64,000 nt of DNA, from contig NC_042997.1 in the NCBI RefSeq assembly GCF_006345805.1, forward strand, positions 140,058,001 to 140,122,000. Direction: 5' to 3'. How positions within the stretch are numbered: position 1 is the stretch's first letter; each line of letters starts with the position of its first letter. Source of the stretch: Octopus sinensis (Eukaryota). This document shows, piece by piece, positions 37,255 to 49,429 of the stretch. The position numbers and the translations under genes are program-made. The notes below the pieces were generated by a model. That model searched no databases, was not told the origin of the DNA, and was given only the letters and a program-made list of their open reading frames with translations.

Positions 37255-37990
37255 CAGGCAGAATATGTGGATTATTCAAAATGTTTAAAATCTTGTAATT
37301 TAAACTGCATTGTATGTAGGCAAGGAGAGAAAATTTCTTTCCTGATGTTCAAGATATTTGCTGTTGAGGTTATGATATTTAGCTTCTCAGTGACACAGGA
37401 GTTACAGTTGTCTTGTCTTGTATACCAGTCAAGCCTGGCTATTAAATTTATTAAGGTGTTTTCCACATTGCCACATTTAGGCCCCATATGATTTTGGTCA
37501 AAGACATAATATTTCTTTTATTCTTGTCTCTGAATGAAACCAAATACTGTGTATATCGTTCTCTGAAGGCATTTTTGATCAGTCTAATTAAAATTTTTAT
37601 GGTACCACCTGTGTCTGCAATGTTGGCTCTGTAGACCAATTCTTTTATAAGACACTTTTTGTTCAAAGAACACTTATCAGTGGATTGGTATTTACATAAT
37701 CATTGTGGTGTTGTTTTTTTTTTATTCTAGTTGAAAATCCCCAAGCCTGTATTAGGATGGTAACTATAAATTTTACTGGGTTCCTATTAAAGATCTTATG
37801 ATGTTAGTGTGAACATGGTAATTGGATGTCAATAAATTTTTGGAATCACTGGTTATATTTCTGGCTAAATTTATAGTGTGGCCTATCAATGGTTGGTTCA
37901 ACATAAGTTATTTGATTCTCAAAACTGGACCTTTCTAATGCGATGCTATAGTATAGAATTGCCTCTTTGAAATATGCCCTTTCCCCATAC
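37255..37990 (-). mobile_element. PLE (Neptune-like) GIY-YIG region, degenerate
   Basis: Minus frames HKIFNRN, CLIKELVYRANI, F.ERY.QY..SF, LTK.IW and CNSCVTEKLNII...ILN.R.EIFSPCLH. Confidence 0.8.
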
Positions 37991-38119
37991 CTACCAAATA
38001 CTCATGCTTAAATCTAAAATTAAATATATATATGTTCATATATTCATGTGTGTGTGTGTGTGTTTATATACGAGTATGTGAGTGTGTGTGTATATATAAG
38101 TGTTTTTATGTTGATCCTG

Positions 38120-38780
38120 GCTGCTCCAGAGTTGGAGATGGCTTGGTTGCAAGAGCTTCTCCACTGAACTTTATTCAGTGCTATCAATTCCCATATCTTT
38201 AGGTTTATCTTGCAGGTTTCCAAGCAGGACTTTAAATTGTCCTTCTAACAGAGCAGTGAGTGGCCTTGGTGCCCGGCACCAGAGCTAAGCTGACCATAGA
38301 AGAGAGCTTTAGGTAAGTGAGTATCTTGCATGTGTACCACATGGTCAATGCTCCTCAGTTGCGCTTTGATATGGAAGCTCGCTATGCCTAGAATGTCACA
38401 TTGTGCAAAAAATTTCTGTGTTGGGGACTTTATCCTGCCACTTAATATTGCAAATTGAATGAAGGTTGTGCAGATGGAATGAATTTAGCTTCTATCTCTT
38501 TGCTCTGGTTTCCTCTTCCACGTCGCATTAGCTTTAGCTTTGTACCATTAACCATACAGCCAAGTTCTCTCATGTCTTGTTGCATGCACAAGCAGATCAA
38601 TGCACATTGGAATTTCTTCCATAATCCCTATCTGGCTAAGTTCAAAATCTGTTTCCTTTGCTTGGAAACATAAATGTGGAAGACAGTTGCCTTGTCATCT
38701 AAGTCATTGGGTAGTTTCTGAGATATCTTTGTTTTCTGTTGTTGACTGAACATATCTTTTCACAAATTGATGTATTCATC
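38120..38780 (-). mobile_element. RTE-clade LINE 3' fragment (different family)
   Basis: Minus frame LNSFHLHNLHSICNIKWQDKVPNTEI...QLRS..HVVHMQDTHLPKALFYGQL. Confidence 0.8.
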
Positions 38781-39065
38781 CATTCAAAGCCTTGAATGTA
38801 GGATCTGTGTTTATCTTGGTAGAATCTTGTAAAATCTACAGCAAAGTTATAATGAAATTACTGCTCCTTTAGTCTATAATCCAGTCTGCTAGTCATCTCT
38901 CCATCTCTGAACAGTGGACCTTTTTCCCTATGCATGCTCTTTTAGTTTTGGGCATTTCTATTAGAGCTTACTTTTGCTTTCACCAATCTTTTACAACCTT
39001 TTCTAATAGTGAAAACTCCTTTTCAGCAGTTCTGTTATTATTCAACTCCATAAATTTTATAGCTT

Positions 39066-39621
39066 ATAGCATTATGACCCGTCGTTGCCGGGTCATAGTG
39101 CTAGTGCATGTATATATGTGTATATATATGTGTACATATTACATGTACTTCTATATATATACATCTACACATAAAATACAAAATACAAAGTTATATCTTG
39201 ATATCGCTAGTGATAACAATACTCAAAATATATAACAGACTGGAATTGTAGGCTCGTCTCTTGCAGTTTCGATCAATTGGATCTTGTCCTCCCTCTTGTA
39301 TAGAAGTGTGGCTACAATCCAGCCTACCTCTACTTCAGGGGGGATATTTTAAATTTTTATCCGGGACGTCCTACGTTCCAGATATAAAGGTAAAAATAAA
39401 ATATTTCCACTTTGCAAGGTTCGAGTCGATTAGAAGATATGATATTGCTATGGGCTTGCTCTAGGCAAGAAGTCGAACATTTTTTTTGCCCATGAAACTA
39501 CATGGATGCTAAGTAAGGCATATGTAAAATTTGAATGAAATTGGTTATGTAGTTCTATAGTTTTAGAGAAACACACAGACAGACAGACAGACACACATTC
39601 TCAGTTTTATATATATAGAGA
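39066..39621 (-). mobile_element. Non-autonomous Helitron, short form (556 bp)
   Basis: 5' TC; joins the equivalents of 29354-29528 and ~30585-30920. Retains hairpin atgacccg-gcaacg-acgggtcat; terminal CTAG mutated to CTAT. Confidence 0.82.
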
Positions 39622-39974
39622 TAGCTTGAAAGTGGCATTATACAAAGAATATTTTCTCTTAACACCAACAATAGCCAATATGAGAAAGCTATTCAAAGAA
39701 AATGTTTTACTTTATAGAATTTGTTATTTTAAAAGAATGTTTATATTTTCTTTGTACATTATACATATTTGATTAGGTCAATAATTTGATTAATTAGCAA
39801 TACATAACCAAAGCACATCATCAAAACAGTATATAGTTAACAGCGTCACTAAAGAATGCTATCATGACAGCCAGCTAATCAAAGCACAGATTTTCTATGA
39901 ATGAGTTATTTTGCAGTCAGATGGGCTTTTAAATAAGGAAATGAGTTTGTTATCACTGCTAATTATTAAAATAG

Positions 39975-40297
39975 TCAGTGTGGCACTTTGGGCAAGTGTC
40001 TTCTACTATAGCCTCAGGCCGACCAAAGCCTCGTGAGTGGATTTAGTAGATGGAAACTGAAAGAAGCCCATCATATACATGTATGTGTGTATATGTTTGT
40101 GTGTCTGTATTTGTACCCCCAACATCGCTTGACAACCGATGCTGGTGTGTTTATGTCTGCGTAACTTAGTGGTTTGGTAAAAGAGACCAATAGAATAAGT
40201 ACTAGGCTTACAAAGAATAAGTCCGGGGTCGATTTGCTCAACTATAGGCGGTGCTCTAGCATAGATGCAATCAAATGACTGAAACAAGGAAAAGAAT
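39975..40297 (+). mobile_element. Family A SINE, 5'-truncated
   Basis: Body and tail motifs as at 4286-4773. Confidence 0.85.
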
Positions 40298-40581
40298 AAT
40301 TAAAAGACCAATTTTGCCAACAAGTGTTTTCAGTCATTGATATGTACAATAATTTAGTCAAAATGGCGGCACCCGAAGCACTTCATTCATCATATCTTTT
40401 ATGTCTCAGGCTAAATTATTTTTCTCAATATTATTCAGTGACATTTACAAATAAATTAAGATAGTTTATAGCAGAATTTCTCAACCATTTTTTGCCTATG
40501 GACCCCTTTGATTCCTATTTCACTCTACATGGAAAACAAATACAGTTCTATATTTAAGAGATGAGGAATTATGTACATTAT

Positions 40582-40715
40582 TTACATTTGACGGATATTT
40601 GTCCTCATCTTGTTTGTTGTTAACACAACGTTTTGGCTGATATACCCTCCAGTCTTCATCAGGTGTCTTGAGGAAATTTTTAAACCTGGGTTCTCATTCC
40701 TAAGGTATTTTTTGA
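40582..40715 (-). mobile_element. PLE terminal-repeat fragment with decayed minimal hammerhead (40622-40667)
   Basis: Minus strand gacac-CTGATGA-a-gactg...cagcc-aAAACGTT^gtgtt. G12 is lost by a CpG transition; palindromic ACGT stem III. Confidence 0.6.
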
Positions 40716-40748
<33 letters not shown>

Positions 40749-40771
40749 CATTATTGTTATTATTATTATTA

Positions 40772-40801
<30 letters not shown>
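40716..40801. repeat. (TTA)n microsatellite
   Basis: Direct inspection. Confidence 0.95.
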
Positions 40802-40802
<1 letters not shown>

Positions 40803-40990
40803 GTATCATTGCCTTCTAATGCTGGAGATGTACTACAGTATCAGCTGTTCACTACCAGTGAACTAAGGTAACACCTCTCATTTTTCGAGCACCTTCTGGA
40901 GTATTCGAGCGGCTCTAAGCAGTGCTGTTTTCTGCAAGTGCTCCACCCTTATTGCAGCCCCACTGACAAATCCATCCACTTTTTAGATGC
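40802..40990 (-). mobile_element. R4/Dong-clade (RLE) LINE 3' end
   Basis: Minus frame IRVEHLQKTALLRAARILQKVLEK* (LQK.ALL..ARIL.KVL C-terminal motif), short 3' UTR, then (TAA)n. Confidence 0.72.
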
Positions 40991-41218
40991 TTTTAAAGCC
41001 AAACTGTGCAACCACATGTACCACTTCACTCACATTGTATTTGTGAATCTAAGGCTATGATAAAAGATACTTGGCCCAAAATGTCAAATAGCGTGAGCCC
41101 TATAAAAATGCTTAGTCACACACTGCATGACAATCTTGCACCTATGTTCTGTTACATATTCAATTCCTTCTGTTTTTTTTTTTTAACATTTTCAACATAT
41201 AACTTTCCCTTTTTTTAG

Positions 41219-41292
41219 CCTGGTTTACCTCAACATTGTACATCCAACAAATGGACGAGGTGTTAAGATCTCCATAAATGGTTACAGTAAAG
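41219..41292 (+). CDS. Alpha-arrestin gene, coding exon 2
   Basis: ccctttttttAG|c-LVYLNIVHPTNGRGVKISINGYSK-g|GTCAGT. Phase 2 in, phase 1 out; G.V.L.....RG..I...G motif. Confidence 0.85.
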
Positions 41293-41755
41293 GTCAGTAT
41301 TTCTTCATTTGTAACAAAGTTAACCATACTAGCTTGAAATAATCCATTTCTGTTTCCGTATTTCTCCTCTCTTCATCACCCTCGTTGTTTCCAAACACTC
41401 ACGTCCTATATTAATCACATTGTGCAATCCTTCCTTCTTAGAACATCAGCCCTTTGGAAATCACTTCCTGCTCATTTCTTTCCCATAGCTGTTGCATTAC
41501 TAGGGTTCTAGAGGAAAAAAAAAACATGGCACCAATCTTGCCAGTCTAGGAGAGCCTGCAGACAGAGCAACTTCAGCAAAAAAAAAAAGCAAATGATATT
41601 TCTTTGGTGATTCTTTTGTGATTATTAGCTGATGTATCATCAATTCATATGATACCATCAGTGTGTAGGAGTGTACCTATGTCAAAAACTTTAAGATGTT
41701 GCTATGATATGCAAGTATACAAATTTGTCCAATTCCACTATTGTTAATATACATA

Positions 41756-41984
41756 TGATGGGGTGGTGAAAGGTTCCTGGCTTTGAAAATTTCCTGGGTA
41801 AAAGAAAATACAAGAAGATTAGTTAATTATGATTTTATTCAACATGTTCCCCTCTTAGATTCTCACTCTTACTGCAGCGGCCGTTCAGTTTTTCTAAACC
41901 CTGTAAAAGAACTCGGATGGTTTGGCCTCCAACCAGGCTTTTTGCAATACCCTTGAAACCATGAAATTTTCAGCACTCCCCTTG
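41756..41984. mobile_element. Mariner-derived MITE, degenerate
   Basis: TA plus TIR-like tgatggggtggtgaaaggttcctgg / ccatgaaattttcagcactcccc. Confidence 0.6.
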
Positions 41985-42689
41985 TTTACATGTGTATTGT
42001 GTGTCTGTGTGTGTTACTGTCTCCTTGCCTTGACATCATGTGATAGTTGTAAATGCATGTCACCATAATGCAAATGATGTCCTTCATTTTCAATATTCTG
42101 CGCAAACATATTTGGTCTTGGGGAAATATTTCCTCACAATGGAAACAGGTGCAAGTTGGTGACAAGAAGGACATCAGGCTGTAGAAAATCCATCTGACCC
42201 ATACAAGCATGGGAAACTGGGAATTAAAGTGATGATGATGATATCATTTAACTGTCATTTTTCCATGTTTCCATGGGAAGGATAGAATTTTGAGGCAGAT
42301 TTTCTAGGGGTGGATGTTATGTTTTCATGGAAGATTAGAAATGAACAACCTCACTTGTATGATGATATGGATTATTTGCAACCATTACATGATGTTTAGA
42401 AATGGGTACATGCGATCACATAAACATTACATACATATATCCAAATTTTCAAATGTCTCAGTTCTGGCGCACTAAAACCCAGGAGCAGTTCTGCAGTAGA
42501 TAATTCACTGCAGTTAATGTTACTGGTTAGAAAACATAATTATTTAAAATTTAAATAATGAGGGTGATAAATTGAATATTAATTTAATTAACATCAGTTT
42601 AAAACCAGTAGCCTAGCATATAGAAAAATCTGAAAATTCAGAAAAATTTTAATACATGCGTATAATAAGGGATGGCCACTAAGTGGACA

Positions 42690-45097
42690 TCCAATATGTT
42701 AGAAGAAGATCACCTATGATCTAACTACAATACATATTGCCCACCGGATGCAATACATATTGCCCACTGGATGCAATACATATTGCCCACCAGATGCCCC
42801 AAACCACATAGGAAAGTTTGAAGATTGTCTCACAAGAATTAAAGAAATCCTCATGAATCTGGAACAAAATGTGACCATATTTCTTATGGGTGATTTCAAC
42901 TTCCCCAATGTCAAATGGCCCGAAGGTCTCATACTCTCAGGAATGACTCATTGCAAGCAAGCACAGGTGGAGTCCCTGCTCAACCTCACCAATGCCCTAT
43001 TCATGGAGCAAGCTGTACTCAGACCAACTAGGATAAATAACATTCTGGATCTCTGCTTCACGAACAATATGGACATCATTCATGATTTGAAAGTGACACC
43101 GACATTAGTCTTGGATCACTACATAATAGAGCTGTCTATGTTTGGGCCGAAACTAACCAGAGACATACAGCTTAAAGAAAGCACCCAAAATCTCTCCAAT
43201 CTGAACTTCCACAAAGCAGATTGGAAATAGATCCAAAAAGAGATCCTCAGAGAGGACTGGCCGAAATGTCTCTCCACACCAGACATTGACATGAAACTAG
43301 AATGTTTCATGTCTTCTGTGCAAGCCATATGCCAGAAATATGTCCCAGAGTACAAGGCCAAAACAAATAGGAGCAAGATTCCAAGGGAGAGGAAGATCCT
43401 CATGAGACGACGGATGAAGGTTGCAAATCGACTCAACCAACATCCCAAAAGTAGCAAAATATCCCGCCTAAAAACAACATTGATGGAGATCGAAAAAAGG
43501 CTGCAACAATCCTATGTGAGGGAGAAAGCAGACAAAGAAGTCTGGGTTATAAAAAACATTAAATCAAACCCAAAGGCCTTCTTTCATTACATGAAAGAAA
43601 CTGCCTCAGTACACTACAAGATAGGACCCCTCCTCCAAAAGGATGGCTCCCTCACAGACAGTCCAACTAAGATCAGTGAGATACTGAATGACCAGTTCAA
43701 AAGTGTCTTTACCACCCCGTTGGAACACAGACAAGTGAACGAACCAGTGGACTTCTTTGCTGCCTCACCTATAACCAGCGAGGCAGTTACAATGGAATAC
43801 ATTGACATTAGTGAAGAAGATATACTACTAGCCATAGAAGAAGTAAACACAAACTCAACTGCTGGTCCAGATGGTTTCCCAGCAATCCTCCTCAAATTGT
43901 GTAAGCATGCCTTGGCAAACTCCCTCCAGATTCTCTTCAGAGCTTTCTTACAAATGGCAAACTGTCAAGCAAGCTGAAGGAGGGAATAATATTCCCAATA
44001 CATAAAGGGGGAAGTAGAGCAGATGCCAAAAACTATTGGCCTAACTCTCTGACTTAACACATCAGCAAAGTCATGGAACGGATAGTCAGAAGGAAACTAA
44101 TCACATTCCTTGAAGAAAATAACTTGCTGAGTGATACCCAGCATGGTTTTCAGCCAGGTAGGAGCTGCCTGACCCAGCTCTTACAACATTATGACTGGGT
44201 GTTGAGGCAGTTACTCAACAAATCAAATGTGGACGTAATATACCTTGATTTTGCAGAAGCTTTTGACAAGGTGGATCATGGTATGATATGCCACAAACTG
44301 CGTGACCTTGGCATAGCTGAAAAACTTGGAGAGTGGTTACATGACTTCCTTAAAGATAGGAGTCAGGCAGTAGTGGCTAATGGAGCCACCTCTATGAACA
44401 CATAAATAGTGAGCGGTGTTCCACAGGTCACTGTCTTGGGACCACTGTTTATTATAATGGCCCTCTCAGATATGTCTTCAAATGCCCAGATAGCCACTCT
44501 GGCAAGCTATGCAGATGATACGAAAGTCTCGCAGAAAATACAGAACTCCAGCGATGTTGCACACCTGCAGCAGGAGTTGGACTCAATTTACAGTTGGGCT
44601 GAGGATAATAATATGCAGTTTAATGCTGAAAAATTCCAAGCCCTGCACTACCAGCATCCAAAACTGAATATGAAACTTACAGGGTACACCAGTCCACAGG
44701 GAATTTCAATCCCAGAGCCTAAGTCAGTGAGGGACCTGGGTATCGACATGAGTGATGATGCCTCTTTCGAAGTGCACATTACCAGGATGGCGACAAAGTG
44801 CAGACAACTGGCTGGGTGGATCCTAAGAACATTCAGAACCAGAGATAAGGAAACCATGATGGTCCTCTGGCAGACATTCATCCTCAGCCTCCTGGATTAC
44901 TGCTCACAGCTATGGTCACCCACCGGTGTGAAATTAACAGCGGACCTTGAAGCACTCCAGAGAAGATTCACAAAGAAGATCATCTCTTTGCAACAGCTCG
45001 GCTACTGGGAAAGGTTGAAACAGCTAAGACTCTACTCCCTGGAGCGAAGGCGGGAGAGGTATGCAGTAATATACATCTGGAAGATCCTGGAAGGAAT
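42690..45097 (+). mobile_element. CR1-type LINE ORF2 (APE C-half plus RT), truncated at both ends, with stops and frameshifts
   Basis: IFLMGDFNFPNVKW, PTRINNILDLCFTN, DHYII (APE); AGPDGFPA, QHGFQPGRSCLTQLL, DVIYLDFAEAFDKVDH, SGVPQ.TVLGPL, SYADDTKV and YSLERRRERY (RT). Confidence 0.93.
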
Positions 45098-45216
45098 TGT
45101 AGTTAAAAATGAGTTACTTATATATATATCTCAAGGCCTCGTCAGAGATTATAAAGTACAATTATGAAGATATAAAATGCAAATATAAATATGAAACAAA
45201 GTACACATACACAAGA

Positions 45217-45259
<43 letters not shown>

Positions 45260-45899
45260 CATACATAAGTGTATATACACATACATATACATATATATAA
45301 GTATATACTTAATAATATACATAGACATAAGGTTACAGTTAATCAAATATATATACTGGAATATACATATATATCCACATCAAAGGGTACATATACAAAG
45401 TCCAAAGTTCATTGTATTACATTACTAAAACTATTAATATTATTATTATTATTATTAATAATACCAATAATGGAATATGTGCATTCTGCTATTCACAATA
45501 CATAGTAGATGGAAAATACCGCATAAAATATAGTATAATATAATACAGTGTAACACAACATAATATAATATAATATAATATATTGTATTGCATATTACAT
45601 ATACAATATAGTATAACATAATATATAGGCAGATGTATATGGGAGATGCCAGTACATTAATTCAATAAAATAATGCAATACAATATACAATGTCATTATA
45701 TTCATATATCATACAGCAAGAATCGAAACTTTAGTCTAAATCTGCATACATATATATACACACAGGTACCAAATTACATGCACATGCATATACATACATG
45801 CGCAAAAACATCCATTAATACATATACATATATAAAGAGATTTTATCCTTTTACATCATACAAAAGATATATGCATGTACATACATAGAGTTCACAGAT

Positions 45900-46452
45900 C
45901 AAAGCTTGACATAACAAATAGGCGACGTACCAAATCTTACAGCTGTTTCTGATCTGTTGCCAAAGACTATCTATAAGTAATCACGAAAATAAAGTTCATC
46001 TTCATAGGACATTCGAATTAAGGCACAGATATTCATCAGAGTAAAAGACAAGAAGAGCATCCAATATAAACAAAGGGAAGAAGGAAAAGGAAAGAAAACA
46101 TGACCTAGAAAAGAAATCTAGTAGCCCAATATATTAAAAGCATATAATCTACCATTCTTGGGGCTACGAGGTCCGTAGGTGAAAAACTTTTTACCTACGG
46201 ACCTTGTAACCCCAAGAATGGTAGATTATATGTTTTTAATATATTGGGCTACTAGATTTCTTTTCTAGGTCATGTTTTCTTTCCTTTTCCTTCTTCCCTT
46301 TGTTTATACTGGATGCTCTTGTTTTTCACTCTGATGAAGCTCCAAGAAGATGAAGAACTTTATTTTCGCAATTATTTATAGACAGTTTTTTGCAACGGAT
46401 CGGAAACAGCCGTAAGATTTGTTACATCACCTATTTGTTATGTCAAGTTTTG
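45900..46452. repeat. Head-to-head palindrome (~285-bp arms, 1-nt spacer at 46187) of a PLE terminal repeat with hammerhead motifs
   Basis: Centre cgtaggtgaaaaa-c-tttttacctacg. Minus-strand left arm carries CTGATGA (46033-46039)...GAAAC-AGCT-GTA (45938-45949). Confidence 0.88.
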
Positions 46453-46539
46453 TATTAAAAAATAAGCTATAAATATGTTCCAATCGATGTGTTTGTTAAT
46501 CTGAGGTTTTCTTCATTTTTTGATTATTTGTACATATAT

Positions 46540-46755
46540 ATATATAAATGTTTGTGTGTCTGTGTTTGTCACCCCACCATCGCTTGACAACCGATGCTGG
46601 TTCGTTTACATCCCCATAACTTGGTGGTTCGGCAAAAGAAACTGATAGAATAAGAACAAGGCTTACAAAGAATAAGTCCTGGGGTCAATTTGTTTGACTA
46701 AAGGCAGTGCTTTAGCATGACCACAGTCAAATGACTGAAACAAGTAAAAGTATAA
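46540..46755 (+). mobile_element. Family A SINE 3' half
   Basis: gtgtctgtgtttgtc...gactgaaacaagtaaaag. Confidence 0.85.
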
Positions 46756-47043
46756 AAGAATAAAGGTTGAAATGCAAAATTGACCCCTGCGGATTTTGAA
46801 CTCAGAGCTTAGAAATAGATCAAATATCACTAAGCATTTTGTCCCACATACTAATAATTCTACAAGTTCACTGCCCTAAATTAGTCATTGAATGATGTGT
46901 TATATTTTTTAATTCAGTTGTATTTCCTTTTAGTATCTTAATTCTCCATGCAAGACATATATTGTTGCTTATCTTATAACTTGTTTTTAAAAAATATATT
47001 TTATATACAGAATTAAAATGTTTTTCCTCTTATTAATTTTCAG

Positions 47044-47154
47044 TAAAATATAGTCCAAAGTCAAAGGACGTTCCTTCATCAGAAGTTGTACAAGAGTTAC
47101 AAGCTGAAAAGAACTACCTTAAATGTCAAGATGTTGTTTTATATGTATTAGAAG
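47044..47154 (+). CDS. Alpha-arrestin gene, coding exon 3
   Basis: taattttcAG|ta-KYSPKSKDVPSSEVVQELQAEKNYLKCQDVVLYVLE-g|GTTGGT. 111 nt, symmetric phase 1. Confidence 0.8.
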
Positions 47155-47334
47155 GTTGGTCACATTAATGTTTTTACCTTAAGCACTAAGTTATTTTCTT
47201 AAGTTCTTTATCCAACTCCTTCAATATGTTATTAGTAGTACTTTTTTTGTAAGAGTTAAAACTTTAATATGACTGAACTTAAAATCAAATACACAAAGCA
47301 TGACAATATGTTGAAGACTGACTAGCAATATGTA

Positions 47335-47450
47335 TCACCACCTCTGTTCCACTCCACAGCACTTTGGGCATTTGTCTTCTTCTATAGCCCTGGGCTCATC
47401 AAAATCTTGTGAGTGGATTTGGTAGATGGAAATGGAAAGAAGTCCATTGC
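47335..47450 (-). mobile_element. Family A SINE head fragment
   Basis: ttgggcatttgtcttcttctatagcc...gagtggatttggtagatggaaa. Confidence 0.7.
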
Positions 47451-47491
<41 letters not shown>

Positions 47492-47582
47492 CATATATAT
47501 ATACATATATATATACATATATATATACATACATATATATATATATATATATACATATATATATACATATATATATACATAC

Positions 47583-47619
<37 letters not shown>

Positions 47620-47620
47620 T

Positions 47621-47682
<62 letters not shown>

Positions 47683-47692
47683 TATATATATA

Positions 47693-47723
<31 letters not shown>

Positions 47724-47754
47724 CATATATATATACATATATATATACATATAT

Positions 47755-47756
<2 letters not shown>
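47450..47756. repeat. Compound (TA)/(TG)/(CA) microsatellite
   Basis: Direct inspection. Confidence 0.95.
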
Positions 47757-47787
<31 letters not shown>

Positions 47788-48880
47788 GTTTAACGTCCGT
47801 TTTCCGCGCTAGCACGGGTTGGACGGTTCGACCGGGGTCTGGGAAGCCAGGGGCTGCTCCAGGCTCCAGTCTGATCTGGCAGAGTTTCTACGGCTGGATG
47901 CCCTTCCTAACGCCAACCACTCCGTGAGTGGAGTGGGTGCTTTTTACGTGCCACCTGCACAGGGGCCGGGGGGTCCGGCATCGGTCACGATCGGTTCGAG
48001 CTTTTAACGTGCCAGCAGCACGGGGGCAACGGGATCCGGGGTACTTTGGGGATCCGGGGTACTTTGAATGGGTAGGGGGTATGTGGAATTGCTGCAGAAA
48101 GCAGCCCGGGTCTTTGCAGTCACAGCATATCTCCAGAGATCTCGGTCCTTCGCCATTGCCTCAGTGAGGCCCAATGCTCTGAGGTCATGCTTGACTACCT
48201 CATCCCGTGTCTTGCTGGGTCTACCTCTCCCCCTGATACCTTCAACTGTTTGGGAGTGGCACTTCTTCACACATCTCTCTTCATCCATCCGCAGCACATG
48301 ACCATACCATCGCAAGCGTCGCTCTTGCACACCACATCTGATGCTTCTTATATCCAGCATTTCTCTCAGGATGCTTACACTCTGTCTTGCGTGCACACTG
48401 ACACTACACATCCAGCGGATCATGCTAGCTTCATTTCTTTCAAGTCTACGCATGTCCTCTGCAGTCACAGCCCATGTTTCATTACCGTGAAGCATGGCAG
48501 TTCGCACACATGCATCATACAATCTACCTTTTGCTCTGAGGGAGAGACCTTTTGTTGCCAGTAGGAGCTTTCTGAACTTTGCCCAGGCTATTCGTATTCT
48601 AGTGGTGATACTCTCTGTGCATCCACCTCTGCTACTAACTTGGTCACCCAGGTAGCGGAAACTATCAACTACTTCTAGTTTCTCTCCCTGGAGTGTGATG
48701 GAATCTGTTTTCTGAGTGTCTGTTGTGTCTATTGTCCCTGTGCATCTGCCGCACATAAAAGCTATCTTATCTGTTAATTTCCCTTTAATGTTGCTGCACC
48801 TCTTATGTGTCCATAGCTTACATTGGGTGCATCTTATGGAGTTTCTACCTGTACCTTTCCTACAGATTGAGCAGGGCCAT
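47757..48880 (-). mobile_element. RTE LINE, young 5'-truncated copy; ~292 open codons including a PHD-like finger
   Basis: [28 protein letters not shown]...MCGRC, LEVVDSFRYLGD, AWAKFR, ETWAVTAEDM, RLRWYGHVLRM and RGRPSKT. CpG-rich 3' UTR and (GAT)n tail. Confidence 0.93.
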
Positions 48881-48882
48881 AC

Positions 48883-48913
<31 letters not shown>

Positions 48914-48984
48914 CATATATATATACATATATATATACATTATATATACACACACACACATATATATATACACACACACACCAC

Positions 48985-49015
<31 letters not shown>

Positions 49016-49144
49016 TATATATATATATATACACACACATATATATATTATATATACACACACACACATATATATATATAATATACACACATACACACAT
49101 ATATATATATATATACACACACACATATATATATATACACACAC

Positions 49145-49223
<79 letters not shown>

Positions 49224-49236
49224 TATATATATATAT

Positions 49237-49267
<31 letters not shown>

Positions 49268-49290
49268 CACACATATATATATATATATTT
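48881..49290. repeat. Compound (TA)/(CA) microsatellite
   Basis: Direct inspection. Confidence 0.95.
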
Positions 49291-49343
49291 AGTGAAGGGA
49301 AGAAATGGAGCTGAACGAAGATTCTACAAAATTCCTTTTTATT

Positions 49344-49429
49344 ATTTTCTACACATGTTTCAAAGGCTGCAAATTTCCAAATTCGGATTGAATAAGGAGA
49401 CCATTTTGCAGCTTTCTCTTCAGGAAAAT
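49344..49429 (-). ncRNA. Type I hammerhead ribozyme, core intact, within a PLE-like terminal repeat (~49290-50100)
   Basis: Minus strand attttc-CTGAAGA-gaaagctgcaaaat[loop]atttgcagccttt-GAAA-C-ATGT-G-TA^gaaaat. All invariant core nucleotides are present and stems I, II and III can form. Confidence 0.85.

Noticed and set aside
40364-40465. AAAATGGCGGC (YY1-like or MAA start context) opening MAAPEALH...
   Set aside because: Stops after about 34 codons, has no donor in the phase needed to join exon 2, and exon 1 at 24687 already supplies the arrestin N-terminus.
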